NCBI RefSeq assembly: GCF_018350175.1
Contig: NC_058383.1
Location: forward strand, 8,558,001-8,622,000
Direction: 5' to 3'
Source of the DNA: Felis catus
Lineage: Eukaryota
DNA length: 64,000 nucleotides
Part shown: piece after piece, positions 1 to 13,095 of the stretch
Numbering within the stretch: the first letter of the stretch is position 1
How the letters are laid out: every line of letters begins with the position of its first letter
Translations under genes and position numbers: made by a program
Notes under the pieces: generated by a model
Database searches by the model: none
What the model saw: the letters and a program-made list of their open reading frames with translations, nothing else
What the model was told of the DNA's origin: nothing

Positions 1-3000
1 CCCTGTCCCAAAGGCCGGGCGGGAACGTTCCTCTTGTCCAGGGTTCTAAGGCCCACGGGGTCCCGTTCACCAGGCTCAGCCCCTCATGCCGGGCTTTGTT
101 TCCAGCTATGGCACATGCGGGTCAGAATGCCAAGGCCCCCACACCCCCCAACACGCTGACGGTCCGTCGGGCCTGAACAGCCCCCTCCACACCAGCTCCG
201 GCCTCACCCTGGCAACGGGGTGGTGGGGGGGCACCCGTAGCAGGCTCGCAGATGGACCTCTGACCTGATTCCTCGGGGTAGCCTGTGGGCAGGGGTGTGA
301 CGGTCGCTCTGAATTGCTTAGAAAGAAGAAGCCAGCCTTGTACGTATCTCCTGGTCCAGGTTGAGTTAGGGCTTTGATGCGACCATTTGTTAACTTTCTT
401 CGACTTATTTTGCTACTATGTGTCTCGGAGAAGAGGCCAGGTGAACTTTCAACTTCTCTCTAAGTGGGAGACCGTCTCAAAGAGGGACACAGAGGGCCCG
501 GCCGGGCAGCCGTGGAGCGTTGTTCGTTGGGGGCTTGGCCGCGGATTTGCGCTCCCAAGTACATGAACGTCAAGCACGGAGGTCCTGGAGCCTGGACACC
601 AGAACGCCTGCAGATTTGGGCCTGGGCTGGCCCTCTGCCATCTGAGTGCCATCTCTCCTGATCCGAGGGGAGGGTTTAGGGGTGACAGCAACCTGGAGCA
701 CCATTACCGTTTCACCATGGTGCTAGCCGCCAGGAAAAGCCCTTCCAGTGTGGGCACCAACAGGCCCTTGGGTTTTTTGCCCAGGGCTGAGCACGTCTAC
801 CTCTCTTTCAGGCGACAAGATCACAGCCCGAGCCGGGGCAGCGTGGGGCAACCGCACCGGCTTGGAACTGGGAGCCTCCGTCGATTCTCCCCGATGGCAG
901 CTCTCCACGTCCACCCTGCCGACCTGCTCCGCACGGGTGTCCTATTTGTCCACTGATGGGATGGACTGAGGACTTGTGGCAAGACCCCCACAGAGCATGG
1001 AGGTCCGGCCTTCCGGGTCAAGGCGGACATCCGTCCACCGCCCTCCTCCCCGTGAGACAGTCTTTAGCTGCACCCGGATGTGCAGCTTGTAAAGTGCCTT
1101 CATACACACGGCCACAGTTGAGATGCGCCCAACGCGGGAGAATTGAAGTGACCGGCCCAAGGCCGCATTGCTGACGAACCGAGGGGAAGCATCTAGAACT
1201 GCAGACATGGCGCCTGACCCCTTGGCCCATGGGCCCTTCTATCCCCAGGACGACTCCCAGGCAAGAAAGCTTGGCTGTCACCCCGGAAGTCTATCTCCAG
1301 AGAGTGGATCCCCCTTTCTTGCCCAGTGGGTGGTAGCCGGGTGCTTGCTAACTCCTCACCAGAAAGGGGCCTCTCAAGGGGCAGACTAATTGCCGGGGGC
1401 TCCGTCTCTTTAACTATCAGAACCTGATAGGAGACAAAATAATATCTGACTTTCCTTCCTCGCCTTGATAAAGATCAAAGCCCCGAGGGTAATGTCAAAG
1501 ATCCCCGGTGCTTGCCCAGAACGAGAATCCTGGATTTGGAGGTGATGCCCCAGCCCTGGAGGGTCTCTGGTCAGGCAAAAGAGACACAGAGCTTCCCAGC
1601 TCACTTTCCCTTTCTCTCCTATTCGGAGACAGCGAGAGACAAAGCATAAACAGCTATAAGGAGATAAGACGATACCCTCTTGTTACCCTCCTGGTATTCT
1701 GACTTTCGGAGATGGCAGCCCAGGGCTTGCATTGGCAAAGAAAGTGGGGTAATTGATCTCTCTTACGACATCTTTCAGAATGTGCTCCTCCCTGCTTTAA
1801 TTTCAGCCTCAAGGTGTGGACAGGCAGGCGGCTCTCCGGAAAAAAAAAAACACAACAACAACAAGAAAAACACACCCTCCCCGTTAACCAGTGTGCAAAA
1901 TGGCTGCTGGCTTTTCTCACACCTACAAGCCAAGAGGGATCCCCGAGATTGTCCGGGGGCCCTTTCATCTGGATCTGTCCCAGCTTCTTTCTGCTGGATG
2001 ACCTTCCAGAGTGTTCTGTCCTGAGTGGCCCTGGGAGAGCCATACTGTGGCCTCTGGAATAAAGGTCCAGAGACAAATGTGGGGAAAGGGCGAGACAGTT
2101 GTGATGTTTCTGGCATTCAGTGCCCGCTGCGACGGGAGGCTGAGGAGGAGAACTTTGGGTGACCTCACAGGATGCAGACACACAGGTGTCCAAGTGGAGT
2201 TTGGTCAGAGAACCGCGTTAGGCAACGGTGGGGCCTGGGGGGCCAGGATGTGCTTCCTGGGACACTCGCGGTGGGAAACAGGGTGCCTCACGGTGCCGAG
2301 GAGGGCCAGAGGACCTACTCAGGACATTCAGTCCACGCTCTCCCACTCTGTGGACACAAACGTGATGAGAACCTGACCCCACTGGCTGGGTGACCTCATG
2401 CCGTCAGTCCAGGTGTCTGGGTTCCGTGTCCCGCCCCATGGTGAGAGATGATCACTGACCTTCCAGAATCCCCGGAGGGCCCAAGAATGGTGACGGGCAT
2501 GTAGGAGACTTGGGCACCGTAAAGCCCCCCTCAAAGGCCAGGAAGAAGCCAGGGTGAGTGGACGTGGGTCCAGACCGGGCGACGTTTCTGAAGTTGCCCT
2601 GCGAATCTGCCACTTTGAAGGAATCAGCATTCCTTCGGGAAGAGCCTGTCTTGGAACACGGCCGTTGAGAAGTGGACGGAGCCGTCACCTTTATAATTTT
2701 CAGAGGCCGAGAAGGCATCGCCTGCGCTGGCTGGCTGACGGTCACACAGAATTGCTGGGTCCTTCCCAAGCAGGCAATGACATCTGGTAACCCCATTGTC
2801 TGCTATCTGCGGGGAAGAAAGTGTTAGACTCAAGGGGCAGATGGAGTTTGCCTAGCGTGTCTGTTCTCTTCTCTGCTGCCTTTTCAACTCTTCTTGGGAA
2901 GCAACAAAATAGCAGCTGTTCATAATTTCATGAATAAAGAACTATGTAAATTTCAGCTATGAAAATGTGTCGCATCTCTTGTGGGCAGAAGTGAGGTATA

Positions 3001-3719
3001 TGCTCCCGCTCCGTCTCGATTTCCATCTCGTGTGCATCTTGGAGTTTATCTAAACTGCATTCTCTGGGCAAACGCTCAGTCGCAGAATCAGTCCCGGCTA
3101 ACTGATGACCGAAGTCGCCGCTACCCATCTCTGCTGGCCGGAGCGAGAGGCTGGCAGGCCAGGCCCCCGGTGCCTCTGAGCGAGGTGTCGGTCTCCGCGT
3201 GCCCCCTTTTACCGATCTGTAAAATGGGTGTGCTGACGCTTCTGTCTTTCGCGGAACGCTTGCACGGTAATTATGTATCTGTGAACTAACCTCCAGCAGC
3301 CTTTGGATGAGGAGGCCAAGCATGTTTACGGTTTTCTTCTGAATGCCTGCACAAGGCCAAACTTGCTGGCAGGGGATTCCACCTTGCCTGGGTCCAAACA
3401 GGTACATGCAACTCCGAAAGCTGCCTTCTGCCCCATTTCCTCTATTCCCGGGACCTTCCAGGCAGGTGTGTTCACACCACTTCTGAGAAGCCTGTTGCAC
3501 TCTTCAGGAACAATCTTACCAGCTCAGCTCACGAGTAGCAAGACGGTCCCGCCCCTGCTGATGGGTCTCATGTGGGAGAGATCAAGCCTGCCATGAATGG
3601 CTCCAAGGTGTGGTGCTAGGACCTTAGAGGGGGGAACCTTCCAGTGGCACCCAGAGAGATGGACCAGGCTCCTCAGGAAGGGTGAGGGCACAACAGGGAG
3701 GCACGTGTCCTTTAATGAG

Positions 3720-3840
3720 CCCCTCAATCACCCCGGGGGCCTTGTGAAAATGCGGATCTTGACTCAGTGGGCCCAAGGTAGGACCTAAGACTGTGTTTCC
3801 ACACGGCCTCCAGGCCAAGCCAACACTGCTGATCCCAGGA
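3720..3840. mobile_element. MER5-like hAT-Charlie DNA transposon fragment
   Basis: aatcaccccgggggccttgtgaaaatgcggat...ctgctgatcc resembles MER5A. Confidence 0.55.
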
Positions 3841-4730
3841 GCCCCCATAAGTCTGGCTGAACTTTAGCATGTCCGCCAGCCCCAAGTTCCTACACTTCTG
3901 TGATTCTGTGATGCGGTGAGTTAGTGCCCCGGGGGGTCCTGGTTGGCTTGGACAAGGGAAGGCGGGAATGGAGTCAGAGAGCCCCCTCTGCAGCAGCCCC
4001 AACCCTGCCGAGGCTTCCCAGCTTCTCTCCCTTTAGAACAGTGGCTTTCGGTTTTGTGATGCACCGTGGGGACACTGCTCGCTGAGGCCACTGGGGCCCT
4101 CTTGGGGGTCGTGCTGCTTTGGAAAGCCCAACCCCAAAAGGTCTCCACGGAGGCTGGGGCTAGTGTGGTCAGTGGGCTTCCGAAAACACAGCCAAAGTTC
4201 CCTTCCACAGTCAAGGTGAACAAAAGAGAGTAAGTTACAAGAATGTTATTGTGCCCACAGGAAACTGCCCGGCCACGGCCACAGGAATCCGTGAACAAGA
4301 CGTTGCTTCTGCCCAGTTGTCCTTTGTTGCCTGAGGCTCCCTCCATTCTCCAAGCTCAGCACACTCGTGCTCACTCCCCATCCACATTGAACTCCATCCA
4401 CCTGGTCCAGCAAGCATTTTTCAGAGGTTTCCCTCCTCTTGCCAGGTACTGGGTCTGATGCGGGGGGGCACAGAGGTGGACCAGGCACAGGGCCCCTCCC
4501 CATGTGGTACCACCAAGAGAAAGAAAGCAGTACGCACAGAGAGGAGAGCTGAGGTAATCAGGGAGGGCTTCGTAGAGGAGGTGAGATTTCAGATGAGCCT
4601 TAAGGATTATAAAGATAAAGATCATTGGAAATGGGTCATCGGTGAAGATGGGGAGAGAATCAAGGATGAACACCCCAGAAAGACCCCCCCCCCCCCCGCC
4701 CTACAGGAAAACCTAGTCAAGAAGCATGAG

Positions 4731-4928
4731 GGGGCACCTGGGTGGCTCAGTTGGTTAAGCGTCCGACTTCAGCTCAGGTCATGATCTCACAGTTCATGAG
4801 TTCGAGCCCTGCATCGGGCTCTGTGCTGACAGCTCAGAGCCTGGAGCCTCTTTCGGATTCTGTGTCTCCCTCTCTCCCCACCCCTCCCCTGCTATGTCTC
4901 TATCTCTCCAAAAAAAAAAAAAAAAAGG
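4731..4928 (+). mobile_element. CanSINE (SINEC_Fc-like)
   Basis: GGGGCACCTGGGTGGCTCAG head, (CT)n region, poly-A tail. Target-site duplication (TSD) AAGAAGCATGAG at 4719-4730 and 4929-4940. Confidence 0.93.
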
Positions 4929-4944
4929 AAGAAGCATGAGGGTT

Positions 4945-5815
4945 ACCATGCTGGTGGGAATGTCACAGGCTGCGGCTACTTTGGAAAAGTCTGCCGTTAA
5001 TCAAAAGGTTAAACATTGAGTTAACCTATGACCCGGCATTCCCTTTCCTAGGTCCATACTCAAAAGAAGGGAAAACATACAGTCCCACAGACGCTCATAC
5101 ACAAACAGCAGGGTGATTCACAATAGCCAAGCAGTGGAAACAGCCCAAATGTCCATCACTTAATGAAGAGATAAACAAAATGTGGTGTGCCCACACAGCA
5201 GAATATCATTCAGCCAGAGAAAGGAATGATGCACGCTACGATGTGGGCGAGCCTTGAGAACACTATGCCAAGTGAAAGAAGTCAGACGCAAAGGACCACA
5301 GATCGTATGAGGCCATTTATAAGAAACGTCCAGAAGAGGCAAATCTATAGAGAGACAGAAAGCAGTTAGTGGTTGCCGGGGGCTGGGACTGAGGGATCAG
5401 AGAAGGATAGGGAGGGACTGATAACGGGTATGGGGTTTCTCTTTGGGGTGGTGAAAATGCCCTATAAACTTTTTTTTAATGTTTGTTTATTTTTGAGACA
5501 GAGAGAAAGAGAGAGAGAGGCACAGAGTGTGAGCAGAGGAGGGGCAGAGAGAGAGGGAGACACAGAATCCGAAGCAGGCTCCAGGCTCCGAGCTGTCAGC
5601 ACAGACCCGATGCGGGGCTCGAACCCACGAGCTGTGAGATCATGACCTGAGCCGAAGTCGGACACCCAACCGACTGAGCCACCCGGGTGGCCCTCTAAAA
5701 ACTTATTAAAGGGATGGTTGATGGTTGTAGACCTCAGCGAGTAGGCCAAACACAAGCGGACGGTCCAATCTAAATGGGGAGAGGGTGTGGTACGTGAATT
5801 TATCCCAGTAAAGCC
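4945..5815 (+). mobile_element. Old L1 (L1M-type) 3' fragment, interrupted by a SINE
   Basis: L1 3' motifs: ctggtgggaatgt...tttggaaaa, tatgacccggcattc, cacaatagccaag...cccaaatgtccatca, ataaacaaaatgtggt. Confidence 0.8.
5470..5693 (-). mobile_element. CanSINE
   Basis: Poly-T, (GA)n, then the reverse complement of the SINEC body ending ...gactgagccacccgggtggccc. Confidence 0.92.
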
Positions 5816-5954
5816 GTTGACAAAAGAAAAGAAAAAGCAACACGAGGGTACTTCCTGGCCCAAGAGTCATCAGTCGTGTTCCTGGAGATTCTCCCTTGAT
5901 AGGTACTCCTGGTCCCCTGAGCAGCCAATTTCCGGTCACCACCTCCCTGCCCGC

Positions 5955-6300
5955 AGTAGGTCAGTTTCTCCTAGAAGCAGATTCTGAAGGAGAGATTCAC
6001 GGGCAGGAAGTCTACTGGCAACGGCTCAGTAATTCTGGATCCGTACTTCTGAGGGAAGCAGGTTGATGCGGGAGGAAGGGTTGGGCTGGGATGCAGTCAT
6101 GAAAAGGCCTCAGCCACTCCTGTGGTGACCTTCGGAACTGAGTTGACCCAGGAGACTTGCCACACTGGAGGCAAGAGGGCTTAGGCCTCTTGAGTTGGAG
6201 GTTGTCCCCCCAGGAAGGGGCATGACCTTGAGCACCATGGCCGTCCTTGGGGAAGGACAGTCCTTGAGAAAGCATTCAGCTGAGCACTGGGGGCCACGAG
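5955..6300. mobile_element. Degenerate ERVL/MaLR-class LTR fragment
   Basis: ggtcagtttctcctagaagcagattctgaaggagagattc... resembles old LTR16/LTR33-type ends. Subfamily not assignable by eye. Confidence 0.4.
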
Positions 6301-6498
6301 CACTCCCAGAAGCAGGAAGCCTGAGGGCATCAGCCCTGGAGGGAGGGTCTGGGCACTGCCCCCATCATTCACCATGTTGCTCTTCCAAAAGCCTGGAGGC
6401 CTGCTTTCCACCGCTGACAGCGAGAAGCCTCACCTCCAAGGAGTAAGCCTGTCCCCCTGGCCTCACAGCACAGATAAAACAAAAGAAGGCAGATTTAT

Positions 6499-6862
6499 GG
6501 GGCACCTGGCTGGCTCTGTCAGTGGAGCACACAACTCTTGATCTCAGAGTTGTCGGTTCGAGCCCCACATTGGGGGTAGAATTTACTCTTTTTTTAATGT
6601 CAGGAAGTTGATTTACTTATTTTGAGAGAGAGAGACAGAGAGAGAGTCAGGGCAGGGGAGGGGAAGAGAGAGGGAGAGACAGAATCCCAAGCAGGCTCTG
6701 TCTCGTCATCAAGGAGCCCGATACAGGGTTTGAACTCACGAACCGTGAGATCATGAGTCAGACACTTTACAGACTGAGATCAAGAGTCAGATGCTTAACC
6801 GACTGAGCTCACCCAGGCACCCCAGGGGGTAGAGGTTACTTTAAAAATATTTAAAAAAAAAA
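6499..6862 (+). mobile_element. Short tRNA-Lys-like CanSINE, interrupted in its tail by an antisense SINE
   Basis: tRNA-like head 6499-6580. Tail resumes at ~6825 (gggggtagaggttact...aaaa). Outer TSD aaggcaga(t/c)tt on both sides. Confidence 0.8.
6588..6823 (-). mobile_element. CanSINE nested in the preceding element
   Basis: Reverse-complement SINEC body flanked by duplicated gggggtaga..ttact (6572-6587 and 6825-6840). Confidence 0.88.
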
Positions 6863-6900
6863 GGCAGACTTGTTTTGAAAAGACCATTCTACGGATAATC

Positions 6901-7126
6901 TTTTTTTTTTTTTAATTTTTTTTTTCAACGTTTATTTATTTTGGGGACAGAGAGAGACAGAGCATGAACGGGGGAGGGGCAGAGAGAGGGAGACACAGAA
7001 TTGGAAACAGGCTCCAGGCTCTGAGCCATCAGCCCAGAGCCTGACGCAGGGCTCGAACTCCGGGACCGCGAGATAGTGACCTGGCTGAAGTCGGACGCTT
7101 AACCGACTGCGCCACCCAGGCGCCCC
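6901..7126 (-). mobile_element. Young CanSINE (SINEC_Fc type)
   Basis: Intact body with CpGs retained and long poly-T. Perfect TSD CTACGGATAATCT at 6889-6901 and 7128-7140. Confidence 0.95.
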
Positions 7127-7257
7127 ACTACGGATAATCTTTAAAATAGCTGCGTTATAGCACGTTTCTGGCCCAAGGAGGAGGAACGTAATCCTTGCAT
7201 TCTTTCCTGTTTCTTCCTTGTGTTTTTCTTCTTTTAAAATATTCCTTTTTAAAAAAA

Positions 7258-7464
7258 AGTTTATTTTTTTATTTTGAGAGAGACAGAGACAGCACAAATG
7301 GTGGAGGGGCAGAGAGAAAGGGAGACCGAGAAGGAGAGACAGAATCCCAAGTAGCCGGGACAGCGCAGAGCCTGACGTGGGGCTCGGACTCAGGCACCGT
7401 GAGATCACGACCTGAGCCGAAACCAAGAGTGGACACTTACCCGACTGAGCCACCCAGGCGCCCC
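7258..7464 (-). mobile_element. CanSINE
   Basis: Reverse-complement SINEC body ending gactgagccacccaggcgcccc. Confidence 0.9.
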
Positions 7465-10400
7465 TTTTAAAGCTTTCTGAAAATGGAGATACGATCCACG
7501 GAACATAACATTCGTCCCTCCTTGTGTTTGAATCTTTAGTTTTTTTCTCCCCTGCTGCCGTTTGAAGGCATTTGGGCACAAGGCTCACCCTCGAAGAAAC
7601 AGCAGGGCCATGATAATTGAGCAAATAAGATCAGCGGAGGGTTTTAAGACAGTACTAATCATGAGCGTGATTGGAGAATTGGGGAAGCCAACCTTTTACT
7701 CAAAGAGATGGGTTTCTCTTGTCCCTTGTTGGTTCTGCCCATAAACCGCTGAAAAACATCTGGGTGGAATAGAAAAAGATAGGCTATCCCTTTAAATACG
7801 CTTTCAGCAGAAAAGAAGGGAAACTGACTTTAGGGTATTTGCTGAAACTTTTTTTTTTCTTTCTTTTGGTAAATAATACATGATGTTCTGTCCCACCCGT
7901 GAAAGCAAATTGGATCATCGAATTGCCTGAGTCACCTGAGAAGCCACAATTTAAAGCCACCTTCTACTGCCCAGAGTTCCTGTCTCCAAATCAAATTAAG
8001 TAGAAAAACAAGTTAAAAAAAAAAAATCCTTAAATAATTATGGAAGTGGGCAGAAGTGGTTTTTTTTTCTTTTTTTCTGATCAAAATGGTTGATAACGCT
8101 TGTATAAGGAGTGAAAAACATCTCATATAAAAATTTAATCTGAGTGTTTTTGTTGTTAAAAATCTCATGTGAATCATGAATTATGAAAAACATGACCGGG
8201 GAAGGCTGTGAACAAGTTGATTCAAGTATCTCAGGCATCTGATGATCTCACACCCCAGTCCGGCTTGGCTTCTGGGACTGTCAGGATTTTATCAGGTTCA
8301 GAGCTCTCTGATGGCCTCATGCTGGCTCCAGGCCTCTCCGGGCTCCTTTCACACCGGCGCCAGATGTTTGGAAGGCGCTCAGCGCTCCCCTGGCCACCAG
8401 TAAATGGTGGTGGCTGCCATGGCCCTCCCATTCTTAAATTCGAAGAAAGCCCCGAAAAATGAGGAGCACTGTAGGATCGACTCGTGATCTCTTGACCTTG
8501 GACTCTCAACCGAAGCGTGAACCTGCCTCCTGCCTTCGTCAAGTGTCTATTAAACACCTACTCTGTGTCCGACTTGGAGGTGAGGGGGATACAAAGAGAC
8601 ACGAGGCGAGGCCCCTGTCCTCAGACAGCTCAGTCCAGGGGCAGAAACTGAAAAGTCACCGAAGTACGTTTAGACAGATTGTAGATAACTTTCGACTCTG
8701 CGATGGAATCTGTGTGTCGTGGATTTGGGGCCAAAGGATGGCGTTGGCCTTGAGAGTTGGGGCCACCTGCCCATCCCGGGGAGTGGCTGACCGAACTCCT
8801 GGCAGGGAGACTTGCCTGACCCTTGCGCTGGTGGTTAAACTCTGGGCAAAGGACGGAGTCAGTGACAAGTCTGGTGTCTGCTGTTAGAAAATGCTAGCAA
8901 CTGGCCCATCGGAATAGAAGGGCTCTGACCAATCAGAGTGGGTGCTGGCCGCGAGGGAGCCGCTGATGCTATACTGTGGGTGTGGCGGGGTGGGCGGTGG
9001 GGGAGGGGGGAGCTGGGAACAGTCTGGTGTGGCTAGAGTGGTGACTGTGGGGCTGAGATGGTCGTGGGGGCTGAGAGGTTCAACTCAAGGGGAAATGGAG
9101 GCGAAGCTAAAAGGTTAGCAGGGGGCAGGCCACGCCAGAGAGCTTCAAGATGCTCGCTCAGGTGGCCCTGCGCATGTCAAGTGGATGATTTGGTCCCTAT
9201 GTCCTGTGCACCTGAGAATACAGAAGCCGAGATTGACAGAATGGAAGGGACATGGAAAGCACAGAGACCTGGGCCACGGGTCCCCTACTTCCTTTCTTTC
9301 TGAACGTGAGGCCAGCATCCAGCCACCTGATGTCTCCTTCTATCATGTTGTCCATGACTTAGAAGCTGAAAGCGGGAGTGGGGCCATGTAAACCTGATTT
9401 CTTAACCTCTTCTCATCTCCTCTTTTCCAGCCCCACCTAAGACCTGGTACGGCCCAGCCCAGCCTGGAGGAGGAGTCCACCCTGACCATGCCCTCTGGAG
9501 GGGCGCGGCCTTCGACAAGGCCCGGCTGCCTTTCAACTTGGCCAGAGGGCTTGAGACACTTCTTAGCCGATTCCCACCACGTGTTTTTGAACTCGTCCTT
9601 CCTCCAAAGCACAAAGCTACGAAATATACCGTAGCATGCATAGCTCTACCCCTCCAAACGGGTCCACGGCGGTGTGTGAAAGCCCAGTACGGAGGCCAGA
9701 CCATCTGTTAGATGACTCTTTGGCGAAATGACCAGCCCCCATGCACCTGCCTGCTGGCATCCCGCGAAACTGCACAACAGCGCAGATCACAGACCTTCAG
9801 GGCTGGTCCCAAATCCCGGAACCCACAGGCGCTAAGCCCACGGTGCCGAGGGCCTCTGGAATCACCGCCACTTTGCAGGTCGGGAGACCCCCACACAGTG
9901 TCGGCCACTCACCCGCAGCCGCCCAGCTGGACAGCCGTGGAGCCTGGTCGTGCCCTGCTCTGAAGCCTGTGTTGTTTTCCCCTCCCTGCCCCGTCCTTTC
10001 GGTGCTGACCGTTCCCAAGTGAGCTCAACTTTCAAGATTTGAAGCGTATGAACTGACCCCCAACTCTTTAGGTGGAAAAAATGATCACTCAGCTGGCCTC
10101 TGGGCTTCTTTCTCTCTGGTGGTGGTGGGGGAAGGCCATGAGTTCTGACCCTAGGGCCCCAGCTACAGACCTACTTTGCAGAAATACCTTTCTCAATCCC
10201 CAGCCAGGCTCAGAAACCACAGGTGTCCCTGGAGAGGAGGCTTCCCAGGAAACCCCATGAGCCATTTGCAAGAGAGTCTGTGATCCTTAACTGCCCTATG
10301 CTATTCTATGGGCTTCAGGAAACAGGGGTCCTAGCCTGCTAGTGTGTTACTTTAGTGGCTTCTCCCTTAATCCTCTGAGCTAAATGCCCTCAGATCGGAA

Positions 10401-10751
10401 CTGCACAGGACCACTGCCTCGGCCCCAGCAAGAGACGGTCTTGATGAATAAGATTGGTCGACGCTTTCATTCATTCAACACATCACCATTGACAGAGCTT
10501 CAGACCCTGAGAGACAAAACAGCAAGAGGGAGGAAGACAGACCCCTTTCCCAGCCTCGCTGCTGCTAGGGGTTAGCAGAAAAGACAAGCAAACCAGGGGC
10601 ACTTTAAAAGCTTGGTATTATGCATACTGACAACAGGGGGGCTAAAATGAACGAAATCCTACCTGAATATCGCTTTGCTGAGTGCATAGGTGTTCTCTTT
10701 ATCCCTTTTCATTCATGTAATGTAAGTGACATATATATTTTGAATTCCTGC

Positions 10752-11000
10752 TGTATCAGTCAGGGGCCTACCAGAAAACAAGCGTCAAACGCAGATGAGT
10801 CAAGGGAAGTTAACCAGGGACTAGGTACAAGGTGTGGGCAAGAATGAGGGAGCCCACAAGGGGTGTTGAGCCCCCTGAGATTACCAGCGGCAGGAAGCTG
10901 TCACTACCCCAGGCCGGAAGGGGCAGGGGGAGGGTTGTGACAGCTGGAGCCACAGGGAAGCCAGAGTGCAAGGGACCCTGGCAAAGTGGCCACCCTGAGC
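10752..11000. mobile_element. MaLR LTR fragment (MLT1K-like)
   Basis: tgtatcagtcaggg...gagattaccagcggcaggaagctgtcactaccccaggc resembles the MLT1K consensus as I recall it. Confidence 0.6.
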
Positions 11001-12922
11001 ATAGGGCAGGGGATTAAAGGCGGAGAGTGGCTGTGGGGTGGGGGGTGGGGGTGGGGGAGTCAGTGAGCATAACTCTGAACTGTTGGAAGGAAGACAGGCT
11101 AAGATTTCCAGGAGTTGGGATGCATCATTCCATAGGCGTGATCTGCTGGGAGCTTGGAGGCGTGGAAGAAGGAAGAAAAAGTCGGGAGAGCTGGTTAATC
11201 CGTGCTGTTTGGGTAGTCAGAGCGCATAGCTCAGTCCCGAAATGGGACAGGGAGGGCGGGAGGGGGGGGGTGGTAATGGTGGAGGTTCGTCACCAGCCTG
11301 TCCTGTCCTTATCGATCAACTAACCAGATAACTACCAGCTGTCCTGTTCTCTGTGCTGCGAATTCACAGCCATAATGTGTGTGCATCTGGCCCTTAACGA
11401 GAGTTCACGGAGGCTGAGTAATGTTTGGATGGAGAAAAAAATTTATTGCGTTCAGCAATATGATCTTCAGCAATTGACAGCTGGTGATGGAGGGGTTTTC
11501 AATCTTTTATTTCGTCTCAGGCTGAGCCGCGACGTCTGGTGTTTGGCTGTCTGTTGTATTGATTTCCAAAACGACAAAGAAATTTCCCAAGCTGTCAAGC
11601 AAACAGGAGGCATTTATGAAATGAAGTTGTGTTTCATTGCAATTTATGATTTCTTCCTCATCAATTATGGATATTTCATTAGCGATTAGTCAGAGACTTG
11701 AAGCTAACTTTGGGGTCTGTCATTTAGAGCTTTCATATCAATTTCCTTATAACACGAGAAATAACATTCCTATAAATAAAGCAGAAGGCTAAGTACATAG
11801 GCAGATAATCCAGTGCAGAAAAGAAAACATAATGTCCAAACATATGCAATTATGAAAAATAGAATAACAAAGCGGGCGATGTTTCAAATTAAGTTCCTAA
11901 ATGTACATTTCATTTAAGCTTAATAAAATATCACTTATATTGCAGTAATATCATTTAATTATTAAAGATCCTCTCCAACTAGATTAATAACTATGTAAAA
12001 GATGCTGGTCTAAATTCTAAATTTTTCCTCCACTCAGTAGTCCCTCATTATGAAGACCATCCCTCATTTTAGAAAGAATTTTCTTCTGTCCTTCAGAAAC
12101 CTGCTGGCAACTCATTTTTAACACCGTAAATTATTTACACCAGGAGCTTGGAAACACAAAGCAAAATACAGAAGATGTCACTGATGCCTCGTTTCATGTT
12201 AGTTTTCACTCCTCCATCTTGCTGGGCTCGGGTGAAATTCTACAGGAAGATCTCTCATAAAGATCTACAACCGTGTGTCGGGGACAGAAACCAGACTGTG
12301 CTGGTGCGTGTGCTAGGTGCCTTCCCAGACGCTGGACGTCTCCTATCCCAAATACTCTCTGCAGCCGGTGCGTGAGGCAAGTATGACTGGGCCCATTTTG
12401 CAGATGAGAACAGAGAGGCTGGAAGGGCTGGCACGGCCCGCGAGCGGCAGGGCCTGATCTGGCCCCACCGTTCTGCGTCACCATTTTGTGTTTTCTCCAC
12501 TAAATCGTGCTGCTAACACAACTTGTGATAATTACCTACTATAATCCCAACGCCACAGTTCGCATCCAATGCCATTGCCTTATGATTTGGCTTTCGTCGG
12601 ATCTTAGCAATCTTAGCGCCTGGTCACAGTTTCGGTGCCAACCCCCTTCCATGATACGCTGTGTGAGTGTATCTAAACTGATGGTTTTATTAATCGGTGA
12701 CATGCCTTGAAAACTCAGTCTCCCAGGGTAAGAGTTTGGGGTCTTGGCAACCAGACAGGATACGCTGGGGGAAGTTTCTGTCTGTATTTAAAATATGTTT
12801 TTGGAGTTTCTGCCTTCCTTTCTGTGGTTGCTTTTTACTCCAGGGTTATTGGCCTCGAGACACTAAGTAATCAGACCTCAGTTGCTCTGGGGGATTTGTG
12901 TTGGGTGGGGAGGCTGTTTTGC

Positions 12923-13095
12923 TTATTTATTTATTTTGAGAGGGGGTGCAGGGAGGGGCAGAGAGAGAGGGAGACAGAGAATCCCAAGCAGGCTCTGCAC
13001 TCACAGTGCAGATGTGGGGCTTGAACTCACGAACCCTGAGATCACGATCCGAGCCGAAGCTGGACACTTAACTGACTGAGCCACCCGGGAGCCCC
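12923..13095 (-). mobile_element. CanSINE (older)
   Basis: Reverse-complement SINEC body with degenerate TSD aggctg(t/c)ttt. Confidence 0.88.

Noticed and set aside
6932..7624. 230-aa ORF and other ORFs with GAWVAQS / SLEPASDSVSPSLS motifs
   Set aside because: Recurrent translations of CanSINE sequence.
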